Shown: one piece after another, positions 9,332-20,745 of the stretch
Layout: every line of letters begins with the position of its first letter
Numbering within the stretch: position 1 is the stretch's first letter
Assembly (NCBI RefSeq): GCF_965363235.1
Contig: NC_134842.1
Location: forward strand, 33,891,757 to 33,912,756
Source: Mytilus galloprovincialis
Taxonomy: Eukaryota
Reading direction: 5' to 3'
DNA length: 21,000 nucleotides
Made by a program: the position numbers and the translations under genes
Notes under the pieces: model-generated
What the model was told of the DNA's origin: nothing
The model's input: only the letters and a program-made list of their open reading frames with translations
Database searches by the model: none

Positions 9332-11337
9332 GACCTTTTCTAGAAGGGAATATTTTAATTTTAAACGAGAAAGTCTATAAAAAAGTTACAGAAACAGAAA
9401 CGAGTTTTGGTTCCATGTAATTGTTGACTTTCCTTTTTCTGAATGGTGATGCTTATCTGGCTCATTCTAACAGTATATATGTGTTTACACATCTTGTTCC
9501 CTATGCCTATGTCTGCAGTGACGTTTTAATATTTAGATAAATGTAATCTTTCATGACTGGTAAATTATTATGTGTTTCAAGATATACAATCAAGTAGATT
9601 TCTTGGAAAAACTGTAATACAGCATTCAATGAATTTTAAACCACATTTTTAGGAGACATTGCGTACGTGAATTTGACAGTCGTCAACGTCACACAAGGAA
9701 AGGGAGACATATTCTCTTTCATTAGTAATTTATAACTTCATCAGCGATAGTAACAATAACTGCATGGAATTTTATTCAACGAATCTTTACAAAACAAAAT
9801 GGCTTTATCCTAAACAGTCATACATAGCACAATCTAATTGACCATATTCGATATACTAATGATAAAAAAAAAACTAATAGATTACAAATACATTAATCAA
9901 ATACAAGTTAAAGAAGACACTTTGAAAAAATAAAACAAACGCAAAGCGGCGCAAACGCAAACGCAATCGAAAAGACAAAGACAATGAAATGTGCATTAGA
10001 CAAATACCCGTATGTCATTCATACAATCTGATGGTAGATATCTAGTGCAATCTTTGTTGATGGTATCTTAGAAAAATGTCATGTACCTGACGCAATGGGA
10101 ACATTGTAGGTGTGTCTTTATTGTGGTTGTAGATTATTATCTAAAGTGTGGGGACAATAAGTGTTGCCACTATTATACACATTAAAATGTTACTCTTATA
10201 TTTACATATAATAGTTAAAACAATTTGGTCTTTAACTTTCATTGTGAAATACCAATTATATAATATATACTATACTGGAGCAAAGTTGTGAATTTAATTT
10301 CCACGATAAGTCATTAGCAGATAAAATGTATTTAATATTCTAGTTAATAATTAATTCTAAGCAAAGGTACATAATACCAATATGATTAATCTCTCTGGAC
10401 AAATATTCCACCGAACAACCATTACTATACACATTATTATAAATCCATCCACATAACTTTTATTAAATATTCAAAACCCCCCGGTGTCGGATGATTTTAA
10501 ACTAATATATTTACAACAATTCTGCAATTACTGTACTAGAAATTCTTTACTAAGAATAGACTTCCAACCATGTTTAGAAAAAAAGAAGATCTTTCTATAA
10601 ACAGACATTCTTATATGGTAAAATAATTTAACTCTTTTTAACTTTTTCGAATAAAAAGATTTAAATATACAATGTAGGTTACCAGTGCAGCAAGTCCAAT
10701 TTGGTAACTTGTTTAACCAAAATAATATCCATACCTAGTTACATTTAGTGCCCTACTTATGTAATGAATTCTACTATTAAGTACTAATGAATATGGATTT
10801 AACATTTTTTTTTTATTATCATTTAATATATTTTAGAACAAACTTTTTATTCAATACCTGAAATTGCCTCTAAGTTATAATAAAAGAAATGAGTTACAAT
10901 TCATCCGATTTATTTCATGTAAATTTGTCTAAACTAGAACAAAACTCCGCTTCCGGTTATGCAAACTTTGTGAAATCGTGCATTTTACTAGACATCAACT
11001 GATGTTATCAAATTTCCACATTTTCCAGGCCGTTACTTTTTACCTAGGGCTACAGAAATTCTTTCCTAAACACATGGCTAAAGTCATCATTTAAAAATGT
11101 CCATTTTTTCTTCACGATAGATTAGGTCCGGTAACTCCTTACACAAAAACGCTCAGGGGAGACTACAAAATGACAATTAATCGCCTATCAGAATCTGAAA
11201 TCTTGAGTTTTCACCCTGATGGAACGAATAATAAATATTGTATAATGTGACAAAGGTTTCCGTCATTAAAAGAAATAGTTCCATGAGAGCGTTCCGTGTG
11301 ATGGTGTCTTGTTAAATTTTCGGTTGAAGTGGATATT

Positions 11338-11460
11338 TATTTCATTTGAAGTTTTGGTAAGATTTAAATACAAAATCTTCATCTTTCATGGTAAATTAAA
11401 TGAAATTCAAAGTTCTGGTAAGGTTTGCTCAAAATCTACATTTTTCTTGGAAATTTATTT
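11338..11460. repeat. Two tandem copies of a unit of about 62 bp (…TTGAAGTTTTGGTAAGATTTAAATACAAAATCTTCATCTTTCATGG / …TCAAAGTTCTGGTAAGGTTTGCTCAAAATCTACATTTTTCTTGG).
   Basis: Direct comparison of 11338-11399 with 11400-11460 gives about 75% identity. Confidence 0.5.
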
Positions 11461-12157
11461 TTAGTTTATACTTTTAGCCGTCAGAAGAAATAAAAAAAAA
11501 AAGAATTTAAAATTCCATGTGTATACTGGATATTCCAGTTTTATTTTCATACACATTTTTGCTTCTATTACCAATATTGCGAAATATTTTGGAGAACTGA
11601 TGTTGATTTTAGAAACTTGTATAATAAAGAAGTATATGAAGAATATATATGGGTGATATTTTAAAGTGCCAGTCTTTGTAAGAATCAGGCAATTTAGGTA
11701 AAAATTAAAACATGATCAGAAAAAACCCACCGAGCTAATCATGCTATTTAATACTAACCATCATCCTGAGTTAAAAAGTGTTAGCCTTTCGTTTGTGTGT
11801 GTCTGGTAATATCAAATAACTAGGTTAGAAAATTGGTTAGAATGATAGCAAATTACAGAGTTATCTCCCTTTATTCGTTAATTTCTAGTGCATTTCAACC
11901 AACTTGTATCTTCTATTACCAAAACAGAACATGGAAATGAATGTTATTTTTGTGCATAACTACATATTATGAACTGAAATCAATGTCAAATTGGGTGGGT
12001 TTTTTTTTTGTCATGTTTTCACCACTGCCTGATTCTTAGGCAGACTGGCACTTAAGTAAAATGCTTGTACACAATGCAACCATTGACCAGTTGGCACCTA
12101 ATATTCCTCAACATTAAGATCTGTAAACTATACGTCAAAAAACGGGACACAAACAAA

Positions 12158-12400
12158 GAAATTACATTTCACATCAAGAATATTTTAATGTATAATTTCA
12201 TGTAAAGAACGAAGAAAATACGTTAACAAATTAAGAAATTGCATTTACACATTAATAAGTTACAAGTGTTGATCATCATGATACGGAGTTAAAAAAGTAC
12301 ATGTTACAATTTAAGAAATTACATTTTACAAATAATGAAATTTTATGTATAAAAATTATTAATAAGAAATTGCATTTTACAAATTAAGTAACGTTTATTT
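12158..12400. promoter_or_regulatory. Cluster of four or more degenerate copies of AAGAAATTRCATTTYACA(W)ATWA spaced 60-75 bp apart, immediately upstream of the gene 2 ATG. A T-rich segment (TTTTTTTATAC ×3) follows at 12421-12460.
   Basis: aaagaaattacatttcacatcaag (12160), aagaaattgcatttacacattaataag (12234), aagaaattacattttacaaataatg (12311) and aagaaattgcattttacaaattaag (12365). Their position relative to the first coding exon suggests a promoter-proximal repeat. Function is unproven. Confidence 0.3.
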
Positions 12401-12479
12401 AATAATTATTGCGGATATAACTCGATACTTTTTTTATACTTTTTTTTATACTTTTTTCAGCTATAAGACACCTTTAACA

Positions 12480-12552
12480 ATGATTATGCGGTGGTTAGTA
12501 ACATTAGCAGTGTGCATTGCCACTCTATCAACACTGGGATATTGCCAGATCG
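12480..12552 (+). CDS. Gene 2 first coding exon, encoding a signal peptide (MIMRWLVTLAVCIATLSTLGYCQI+G), exiting in phase 1.
   Basis: ATG at 12480 in a good context (aacaATGa). The peptide has a hydrophobic core, a small-residue cleavage region and the donor ATCG|GTGAGT at 12553. A phase-1 exit after a signal peptide is the classic arrangement for secreted modular proteins. A strong acceptor-like cttttttcag at 12451-12460 immediately upstream hints at a 5' non-coding exon further upstream. Confidence 0.7.
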
Positions 12553-12911
12553 GTGAGTGCTCTCGTAAAAAAAAGTTCCTGCCAAATAATAACCATACTT
12601 TCTTTGTATGCTTGACTTCGAATACATTCGGTCTTAAGCTTACCGGATACAGTTTTGTAAGGTAGATTAAGTGCCACGGTGCGCTCGGAGATTGGTATAT
12701 ATACGCTCTATTTAACTATATATAAAAAGGATCATTCCAATCTTATATTCCAAAAACTCCACTAGATATAAATATTTTTTTATTGTGCAATCGATATTAT
12801 CGATATCAGGTTTGTCTTCTTATATACTTTATAAGATAGAAGAAAAAAGTGAGAATTTATGATTTCAATTTAAAATAGATATGCTTATAATTTTTTTATT
12901 ACTAATTTCAG

Positions 12912-13469
12912 ATAACTGTTTGGACGGCAAAGCAGATATAGTGATAGCTTTAGATGGAACCCGACTAAATACAGCTACGGAACATACCCAATTTGTTTTT
13001 ATGAAAGAGTACATCAAGAAAATTTTGAACAAAATAACACTGAATTTTATCAACGGTACAATGGTTTCTCTTTTTACATACGGGACAACTTCAACGGAGA
13101 TTGCCGACTTCAGTGCTGATAAAAACAGTATACTAACTAAGTTGCAAGCCTTAACATATCCGAGACTTCCAACTCGATATACCAATCTGGCACTAGACCA
13201 CATCACAGAGAAATTTAAGAAATTCAATCGCCGTGGTGTGCCAAGAATAGCCATTATATTTGTAAACGGAAACACAAACGGAGATTTCTCTACGCTAAAA
13301 ATAGCCGCTAAAAAAGCAGCAATAAACGAGAACATTCAAATAATAGCTGTTTCTGCAAATTCCACGTTTGCTGTTCGAGACCTTGACACTATCACAAGCT
13401 ATGTTCCAGGAAGAATCATTTCTGCGGTTTATAGAGATGACGATCCTGATATGGCCGCTGTTTGCCAAT
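12912..13469 (+). CDS. Gene 2 exon encoding VWA domain 1 (NCLDGKADIVIALDGT…IQIIAVSAN…MAAVCQ), phase 1 to phase 1.
   Basis: Acceptor tattactaatttcag|AT. A 186-codon open frame. VWA landmarks are present: a βA strand DIVIALDGT, RYTNLALDH in the TNTG-AL position, a βD strand IAIIFVNGNTNG, and ENIQIIAVSAN. The donor AATG|GTAAGT is at 13470. Confidence 0.85.
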
Positions 13470-14119
13470 GTAAGTTTGAATTATTTTAAAATTTGATTTA
13501 AAAAAATCCAGACATTGGTTTTTAACCTAAATTTATCAATATTTGCATTCTTAATGTTGAAATTTGCATGGAATATATCAATAAGAATATCGTTTAACAA
13601 CATTTTTATGTTTTATCAGAGAAAAAAAATCCTAATTAAAATCGAGTCCTTTGAAAATACAATGAGCAAACTGTCCCTTCTAACTACATATATTAGATAT
13701 AACATGTACAAAAATGTACATTATAGATGCCACATTGAGAATGGTAAAGAAAACAAAAAAACAATTGTATGAAATTTGTGCTATTTTATATATAGTTTTT
13801 AATATTTTTCTAGCTTTGTCTAGAATTATTTGATGCCGTGAAATATATAATGTTTTGTATAGTAATTTTATCTACACTCTAACTTATAGTGATGTTACAA
13901 TGAAATACTTCTTCATTAGATTTTCATGTTTGAAAAATCATAATGATGGTTTAATTTGATTTAAACGTGTTTATATATTTGATACAAATATGCCATTCCT
14001 AATGTCCATCAAAATCCATAAGCCCGAAGAATATGTGTAAAGTTGTAAACACCATACAACTTTTGCTAGACTTCCGAAATTTATTACTATAGCTTTTGAG
14101 TTGTATGTTTTTTTTTCAG

Positions 14120-14149
14120 ATATGATAGGAGGAACTGTCTTGCCGCGAA
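14120..14149 (+). CDS. Gene 2 linker micro-exon of 30 nt (Y-MIGGTVLPR-), phase 1 to phase 1.
   Basis: Acceptor tttttttttcag|AT and donor GAAG|GTAAGT. It is in phase with both flanking VWA exons. It resembles the other two linker micro-exons in length, phase and flanking context. Confidence 0.55.
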
Positions 14150-14661
14150 GTAAGTACCTTTTGAATAGAATTTAATTTTGGATTTAACATGTCTTTTAAT
14201 TGGTTGAAAGTTGTTTTGTCTATCAGCTCATAGACATACTTTTTTCATGAAGCCGTGACCTCTTAAACTTTTTTTCATGATTTCCTCCTTAAAAATAGAA
14301 TTTAGAATTGAATGATAAGGAACGGCTGTAGCATGTTTTCTCTCTATTCAAATAACCTCAAAATATAGTGCACACTTTTAAATAACCTGTATAATGAGGT
14401 TATTTCGGATATACAGAAAACATATTACAGTCACACCGCCATTAGATAATAAAAATTTTGCTTTACGGATTGACAATTTTTACTGATAAAGCGTTACATT
14501 GTGAACATAAATAAAATAAGCAGCCACTTTTAAACATTTCTGAAGAAACAATCGAGTAGAATTTTTATTTCCACTAATTGTGCGATAGCACTGAAACAAA
14601 TTAAAAGCTAGCAAAATGAACATAAAAGAACGGTTACATTACTTTTTTATTTTTATTTCAG

Positions 14662-15210
14662 ATTGTACCGGGAAAGCTCACGTTATTCTCGGCATTGACC
14701 TTTCAACAAAATCCCGGTTCGACATGGCTTTAAATCTTGGGATTGCATTGTTCAGTAACGTACGACAAGTTAGAAGAACATTGTTGTTAAATGATGCTAA
14801 TAACTATGAGTATACTTTTGCCCCTGGTGTGAATTCTAAATCAGAGTTCGGTAAAATTCAAAGCGAGGCAGCCAGCCGTTTGAATTCAGGTTCATATGAT
14901 GCAAAGGGAATGGTGGACAGCTTTGTAAGCGCCTTTAATAAAAGTCTACTAACAACCATGCATATGGCTAGAGTTGCTATTCTTATATCAGACACGGATT
15001 CTGGTTCTCCAACACAGATGAGACAAGCAGTAGATATGCTTCGGAACCAAAACATTAAGTTGATAATCATAGCAGTACAAGCAGAATTTAAGCCAAGTTT
15101 GCAGACTCTTTTAGAACTTACGGAGGAAAACTTACAAAACCAGATAGTAACTTCAGATATGACACTCTCTGTAAGCGGACTCAACCAAGTAATGAACTCT
15201 GTTTGTTATG
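14662..15210 (+). CDS. Gene 2 exon encoding VWA domain 2 (NCTGKAHVILGIDLSTKS…IKLIIIAVQ…NSVCYG), phase 1 to phase 1.
   Basis: Acceptor ttttatttcag|AT at 14659-14661. 183 codons are open. The VWA fold pattern is present (βA strand HVILGIDLS, βD strand VAILISDTDSGS, then KLIIIAV). The donor TATG|GTAAGA is at 15211. Confidence 0.85.
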
Positions 15211-15545
15211 GTAAGACTTTTTATGTATATTTGAATATCAATTTGATTTTATATTCTTCAAAATAAAGCGTGGTTGGTTTCATTTTACATGAACACAACC
15301 AATAGATATAAGTAATAAAACAAATTTAGCTTTTGTTTATATTTCAAAAGAGTAAAGATAAAGACATTTTTATTTCCTACATGACATTAGCTACGTGACC
15401 AAATTATATATGGAAAATCAGACTCCTCTCTTTATAATGTATCGAGTCTTAGAATAAATAAAAAAATCGCTGCCTAGTATATATTAGTTACGGTTATATG
15501 TGCTCATACTTGCAATTGGCTAATCTTTAGCTTTAATACTTTCAG

Positions 15546-16118
15546 CAATTCAAAGATGTCCAGGGGAGATTGACGTCATGATTGCCATGGATACGTCCTA
15601 CAGTATAGCATCTCAACCTGAAAAAGTGCAATTGGTTAAGGCTTATACCAAAATTATTGCCAATAGTTTTATTCACAACAGAGTACATGCAGCACAAATA
15701 GCCATCATTGCGTTTGGTACAAGTGTTTTCCATGTATCGTTCTTTGGGGATAACCTCATTGATATTATTGAAAACATCAACCTTGCTCAACCAATTTCGA
15801 ACGATTATAAAACTAATACAGATATAGCCTTAGACTATATGATCAATAGGACGAACTCAAAGGGACGACCAGGAGTTCCGAAAGTAGCTATTATAGTAAC
15901 AGACGGTAAATCTACAAATGGATTACAAAATCTACAAAACAGTGCTATTAGGGCAGCAATGAACAATTTGATAACTGTAGCCGTGGGAGTTGGGGATGGC
16001 TATATAATGGAAGAATTGAGCAATTTAACCAATGGAATTCAAGAAAATATTATTGAATCTACTTTTGAAGATCTGACATCAATCGCTGCTTCGAAAACAG
16101 TAGATAGATTGTGTTTAT
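15546..16118 (+). CDS. Gene 2 exon encoding VWA domain 3, the only copy with a complete MIDAS (AIQRCPGEIDVMIAMDTSYS…NTDIAL…VAIIVTDGKST…ITVAVGVG…DRLCL), phase 1 to phase 1.
   Basis: Acceptor taatactttcag|CA at 15543-15545. 191 codons are open. All three MIDAS elements are present: DxSxS (DTSYS), T (KTNTDIAL) and D (TDGKST). The donor TTAT|GTAAGT is at 16119. Confidence 0.87.
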
Positions 16119-16629
16119 GTAAGTTCCACGACATTTCAATATTGGACAGTGTTGGCTTGCTGGGGTTTGATACTTTCATTTAATGATACATTCCCATACC
16201 AAATTTTAGCGTCCGAAAAAAACATTATTATGCTTTGGAGTTTACAGAAAAAGAATTTCGTATCAAACCAGAGTTCTGGAAATCTTTTGACGCTGGTGAT
16301 CCATGGGAAAAATCTCCTGATCTTTAAGTTTATTTCTGTTGCAAATTACCAAAACTGTGTCGTTTGAAAAGAAGTCAGTACATAAAACTGGGGGAATTAT
16401 TCCTTTGTTCTAATTATAGTTTTGTAGAATAAATAAACGTGTAATTTACATCCAATGTAGTCTTGGCCGAAGAGGAGTTAAAAATTTTGAAGGAAGTCAT
16501 TTGTTTTTTACACTAGAGTTTAATTGCTTTTAATTCTAAATGCGCAGCATCATAATCTTAAACATAAACTTTGTTATGAAGCTTTATAAAAATCAGCATT
16601 CTAAATAATATTTTTTTTATATTTTGTAG

Positions 16630-16659
16630 TCGCAATAGACGGACAAGAAACGAGTCAAG
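16630..16659 (+). CDS. Gene 2 linker micro-exon of 30 nt (F-AIDGQETSQ-), phase 1 to phase 1.
   Basis: Acceptor ttttttttatattttgtag|TC and donor CAAG|GTATGT. It is the same length and phase as the micro-exon at 14120, and it similarly follows a C-x-C/CxG domain end. Confidence 0.55.
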
Positions 16660-17493
16660 GTATGTTATGTGATTTATAAATAATATTGCATGTATCTGAA
16701 GAAAGCCGTTCATTAATGCTTTGAATTATAAAAATAATAATTTCATCAAGCTTTCATCAGAGAAAAATTGTTAAATAGTTATAATGACTAAAAAAATAAT
16801 TATGTTCTAAAAATTAATTTATACATGATATCAGAACTAACAGAAATCGAGATTAATTACTATATCAAACCCACATCTCTGAAATACGAGAGTGCTAATG
16901 TTGTTTTTCTCCAAATCTAACTAAAGTCTGATTGCTTGGAAGGAACCAACGCACCTTCGGCAAGAAAACTGAAAATCCCTGTCTGTTAAGACTAGAGTCG
17001 AGCGCACCTGCAATGTACAGGTTTCGAACAAACAACCTCGGATTTGAAATACTGCTAGTGATACATTAGTGGAACTACTTTGATCACTAGTCCATTGAGA
17101 CCTCAATGTGCTCATTATATTTCAGTTGAGATATTATCTTATGATATACTAGTAATACAAGATCATTTAACGTTTGTTATCGCTATTTTACAAAATAGTC
17201 CTTTGATCTGACTGACTGATTACTTCCTTTCTCAGCACAGTCGAGTGATATGAAAAAAGTTATCGCTAGAAAAACAGCGCACGTGCCGTTGTCAATGATT
17301 TTAACAACTTCGTCATAAGTTAAACAGCGATAAACAGATTACCATTGGTCATCTCAACTCGATTGCTTTTTGCACTATCACAGTACCGACTCGAGCGAGA
17401 AAATCAATCTCGTTGAGATAACCAACAATAATCTAAATTTATCCATAACAAACACGTTCTTAAAATAATTTCTTGCATTACCTTTTTTATTAG

Positions 17494-17876
17494 TTTGTGA
17501 AGGCGCTGCTCACGTTACGATAGCAGTAGATGTCGGTGATGCAAAGAACTTTGATGAAGTAAAGCTTTTTGCTGCTAAGCTTATAGCAAATCTTAAAGTA
17601 CAAGAAATGTTGGTATCTATTGTAATTGGCAGTACAGGGGCTGAGTATAATTTTCCCGCCAATACTGACAGCAATACTATTCGGAATACTATTTTGAGAT
17701 CTACAAATTCTGACCAAAACATCTACAACCACACTGGTACCATAAATCGTGCAGCAAAGGCATTTGCTGCAAAACCAATCATGCCTAGGATTGTATTGTT
17801 CATCACTGATGGAAAATCGACTAATCCTGCTTCGTCTATAGCTGCTGCTAGAATTGCTGCAACAAATGACATTCAG
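17494..17876 (+). CDS. Gene 2 exon encoding the N-terminal two-thirds of VWA domain 4 (VCEGAAHVTIAVDVGDAKN…HTGTINRAAKAF…IVLFITDGKSTN…ATNDIQ), phase 1 to phase 0.
   Basis: Acceptor ccttttttattag|TT at 17492-17493. The frame is open and is the same frame as track ORF 17607-17882. VWA motifs are present (TDGKST βD). The donor CAG|GTATGA at 17877 comes after a complete codon. Confidence 0.78.
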
Positions 17877-18358
17877 GTATGAATACTTTCTTTTATAAAT
17901 ACGGACATGATATTAGTTCCATTGCCGTAACTATTCTCCAAGATAATCAGAACGCATTTACACGTATGACCCTCAGCGATTCAACATTTTCATATACCAT
18001 ACAAAATGTTCCATTTGCTTCAATATTTGAAATTACGCAAGTGCTTGGTCGATACTGTAGAATTGTGACTAGAGTTACAGTATCTTTTTTTTTATTGCCA
18101 GAATGATGACGTATTATGCTGAACTGAATCAGTTCGATTATGGTATGAAAATCAAACCATAAACCAGATGACAACTTTAAGAAATGTATCCTTGACCACA
18201 GCTTAAACTGTGTAATCTCATCTTATCATTTTGAATTAAGCAATATGTATCTCCCTTAAATTCAAAACTCGGATTCCTTGTCCGGATTTGTCTATCCTCT
18301 GACATTTAGTTTAATCCTCTTTTCAACATTTGTAGTAGATTTTGGATAAAATGAAGAA

Positions 18359-18425
18359 TTGAAACGGGGAATGTTTCAAAGAGACAACAACTCGACCAAA
18401 GAGCAGAAAAATGTCATCAATGGGT
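18359..18425 (+). repeat. Second copy of the GAGACA…CGACCAAAG…CAATGGGTCT repeat, intronic in gene 2.
   Basis: See 7828-7930. Confidence 0.45.
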
Positions 18426-18581
18426 CTATATTCAAATATTTAACCTCATGCTTTACTGTAGAAATGTGTACTTAGTTGTTCAAAATGTGCATCTGGTAAA
18501 TCAAATTTGTACCTTTAATGCTTTTATTTAATCGAAGAACATTATTGCGTAGCATCGTCATTTATTTTCTTTTATTTAAAG

Positions 18582-18738
18582 TTTTTAGCACTTGGTCTAA
18601 TAAAAAAAGATATATCGGCTGTGGATATGAACGAGATAACCGGAATAGCTGGTGGTATTATACAAAATAGATTCGTTATATCAGAGGAAGGTCTACAAAG
18701 TAGTGGTGTAAACCTAGTCATTATGTCTGTCTGTCATG
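18582..18738 (+). CDS. Gene 2 exon encoding the C-terminal third of VWA domain 4 (FLALGLIKKDISAVDMNEITGIA…VNLVIMSVCH+G), phase 0 to phase 1.
   Basis: Acceptor ttttcttttatttaaag|TT at 18580-18581. This is the only phase-0-compatible acceptor; the nearby tttttag at 18588 gives an immediate stop. The sequence aligns with the C-terminal halves of the other VWA copies (…AVG…EL..IT…C-x-G end). The donor CATG|GTATGT is at 18739. Confidence 0.7.
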
Positions 18739-19293
18739 GTATGTATTATAATATCAAAAGCTTCTGAATAGTATTATAGGGGTCACTAACAATTATGATG
18801 TCGCAAAATAGTGAACAATCTCAAGTCGAATCTGGTAAAAATAAGATGTTAACCTGTAATGTAAAGCGTAATGCTGAAGTCTCTTCAAACGAAATACACA
18901 AAAATGCTTAAATTTTTAAAACTTTATTGCTGTTTATTCTAATGCAAATTAGTCTACGGTTAATACAATGCAACCAATGCAATGTAACACTTCCGACCTG
19001 CGCGCGCATTGTCTTATCTGTATTTATTTTCCAGGACTAGGTTTGCTTTTTTTTCAAACCTATAGTTCCCATTTCCTAATTCATTACATTTTTTTGTAGC
19101 ATATGAGAGTCTGTAAAACGCAAAACTCTATGCATTTACGTCAGTACGAAACGAAACTTGTTAAAAACCGTCTGAAGCTGGGAGTTGTTTTAGACACACG
19201 TAAAGGATGCTCAGAATAGTAGTTTCCGTTTCTAAGGGAATGACTTTTACATTTTAATTTATGTATCATTGCATCATATTTATTATTTTGTAG

Positions 19294-19326
19294 CTATAAG
19301 TGATTGGAGTGGAACATCACTACTGA
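19294..19326 (+). CDS. Gene 2 linker micro-exon of 33 nt (A-ISDWSGTSLL-), phase 1 to phase 1.
   Basis: Acceptor tattattttgtag|CT and donor CTGA|GTAAGT. It is in phase with both neighbours and is the third member of the linker micro-exon series. Confidence 0.5.
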
Positions 19327-19639
19327 GTAAGTTTTTATAATTTAAAAAAATAAGGTTTTTAATTTAAATTTAAATTTTAGCTACGATGATTCCTCATTTG
19401 TGTTTCATTTTCTGATATTTCTTACATTATATTTCAATATCCAACTGGTCTCGTTATGTGAAATTTGTATTTATTTATTTTTTACATATTGAGATACATG
19501 TATTATTGTGACAAAAATGTTTGGTATCAAAGTTATGAAAGATGCTTTAACTTTCGTTTTAATATTTATGGGTTCCAACAATTATACGCCAAGAATTTTA
19601 GGAATTTGTACAACATGATGTATTGTTTATTAATTTTAG

Positions 19640-20167
19640 AATTTATGGGTCCTGCCGAAGTATCACTAATGATTGACTCCTGCGATGGAACCATGCACAC
19701 CTTCTACCGTGCATTTGCTAAAGATGTTCTTAGATATATCAACGTGGAGGACAACAAGGTCAAATTAAATGTAGCCTCGTTTTGCTCTAAAGTGGAACCA
19801 ATCAGCTCATATCAGGACATGTATTATATTCATCCTAGTCTAAAATATGAAAATATAATGGCGAACAAGCAATGGACAGCATCGCAAATAATCGGCGACT
19901 ACATCCTGCATTTTAATGATATCCGCTCATCGAATAAAATTGGAATTGTCTTAGTAAACGATGCCACTAATGAACCGAATTTAAGACTAATTGCACAGTT
20001 TGCTTACCAGCAAGGCATTACTCTTTTTGCAATTGGAATTGATTACGGACAGCAGAACCTTGAAATGAAGTTGGCACAAATAAGTCCTAACGGCTATATG
20101 AAATTGCCTCTTAATCAACTTAACGTTATGGGGATGAACTTCCTTATTACCAACTTTATGGCAATGG
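19640..20167 (+). CDS. Gene 2 exon encoding VWA domain 5 (K-FMGPAEVSLMIDSCDGT…IGIVLVNDATN…ITLFAIGIDYG…NFMAMG), phase 1 to phase 1.
   Basis: Acceptor ttaattttag|AA at 19638-19639. 176 codons are open (track ORF 19465-20190, whose N-terminus is intronic). It has the VWA βA, βD and C-terminal patterns. The donor ATGG|GTATGT is at 20168. Confidence 0.82.
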
Positions 20168-20280
20168 GTATGTTAATTTTTAAATGTTGATTTGGTTTAT
20201 TTATGTGATATGAAAAATTTCAGTTGTTTGTGTAATGTGTGATGAGCATATGGTTCCTTTTTTAGCTAGTAGATACAAGA

Positions 20281-20310
20281 AGATGTGGTATGAGTGCCAA
20301 AAATAAGGTT
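20281..20310 (+). repeat. Short fragment of the same repeat head inside intron 10 of gene 2.
   Basis: AGATGTGGTATGAGTGCCAA matches the head at 6481. Confidence 0.4.
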
Positions 20311-20745
20311 CCTTTTTTATATGCTTAAATGGTATCCGCACACAATGAACTTTCAACGGAATTCAAGATATCACGACAGTTTAGAGGAACGTTATTTAAA
20401 ATTCAAGCTATGTATTATAACACCAGATTGAGTTGTAGACTTTTTAATTAATGATGTACCACCAGAGTAGTAGCTGTCCCATTGAAAAGGTCATTCTCTT
20501 AAATATAATGTTGAAAAAAAACTTATAAATCATTCATCATAAGATGTTTGTCCCCCAGGCCTAAATGGCCCTATCCAGATTTGGCACAATTTATTTAATT
20601 TTTCAATTCTCATTCCTTAGCCGAATTCTATGATATAGGTCTATACTGTTGTCATCTGTTATTTTGACTTTGCTCAATTAATTTGTTTTCGTATTTATAT
20701 ATATATTTCACGATATATTTGTCTGATTTTGATATCAAATTGCAG

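Noticed and set aside
4710-12479. Possible additional gene or minus-strand gene in the 7.7-kb intergenic region (ORFs 4817-5023, 5566-5793).
   Set aside because: Only short ORFs that overlap repeats, with no splice-consistent exon chain and no domain-like peptides. The region is dominated by SINE and MITE copies and simple repeats.
12865-13335. Antisense ORFs (156 aa on the minus strand here, and 108 aa on the minus strand at 14858-15184) overlapping VWA exons.
   Set aside because: Long antisense ORFs are a by-product of the codon composition of the sense VWA exons. They have no splice, start or domain support.
18588-18589. Alternative acceptor tttttag|CA for the second half of VWA4.
   Set aside because: In the required phase 0 it reads CAC TTG GTC TAA, an immediate stop. 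The acceptor at 18580-18581 keeps the frame and aligns with the other VWA copies.
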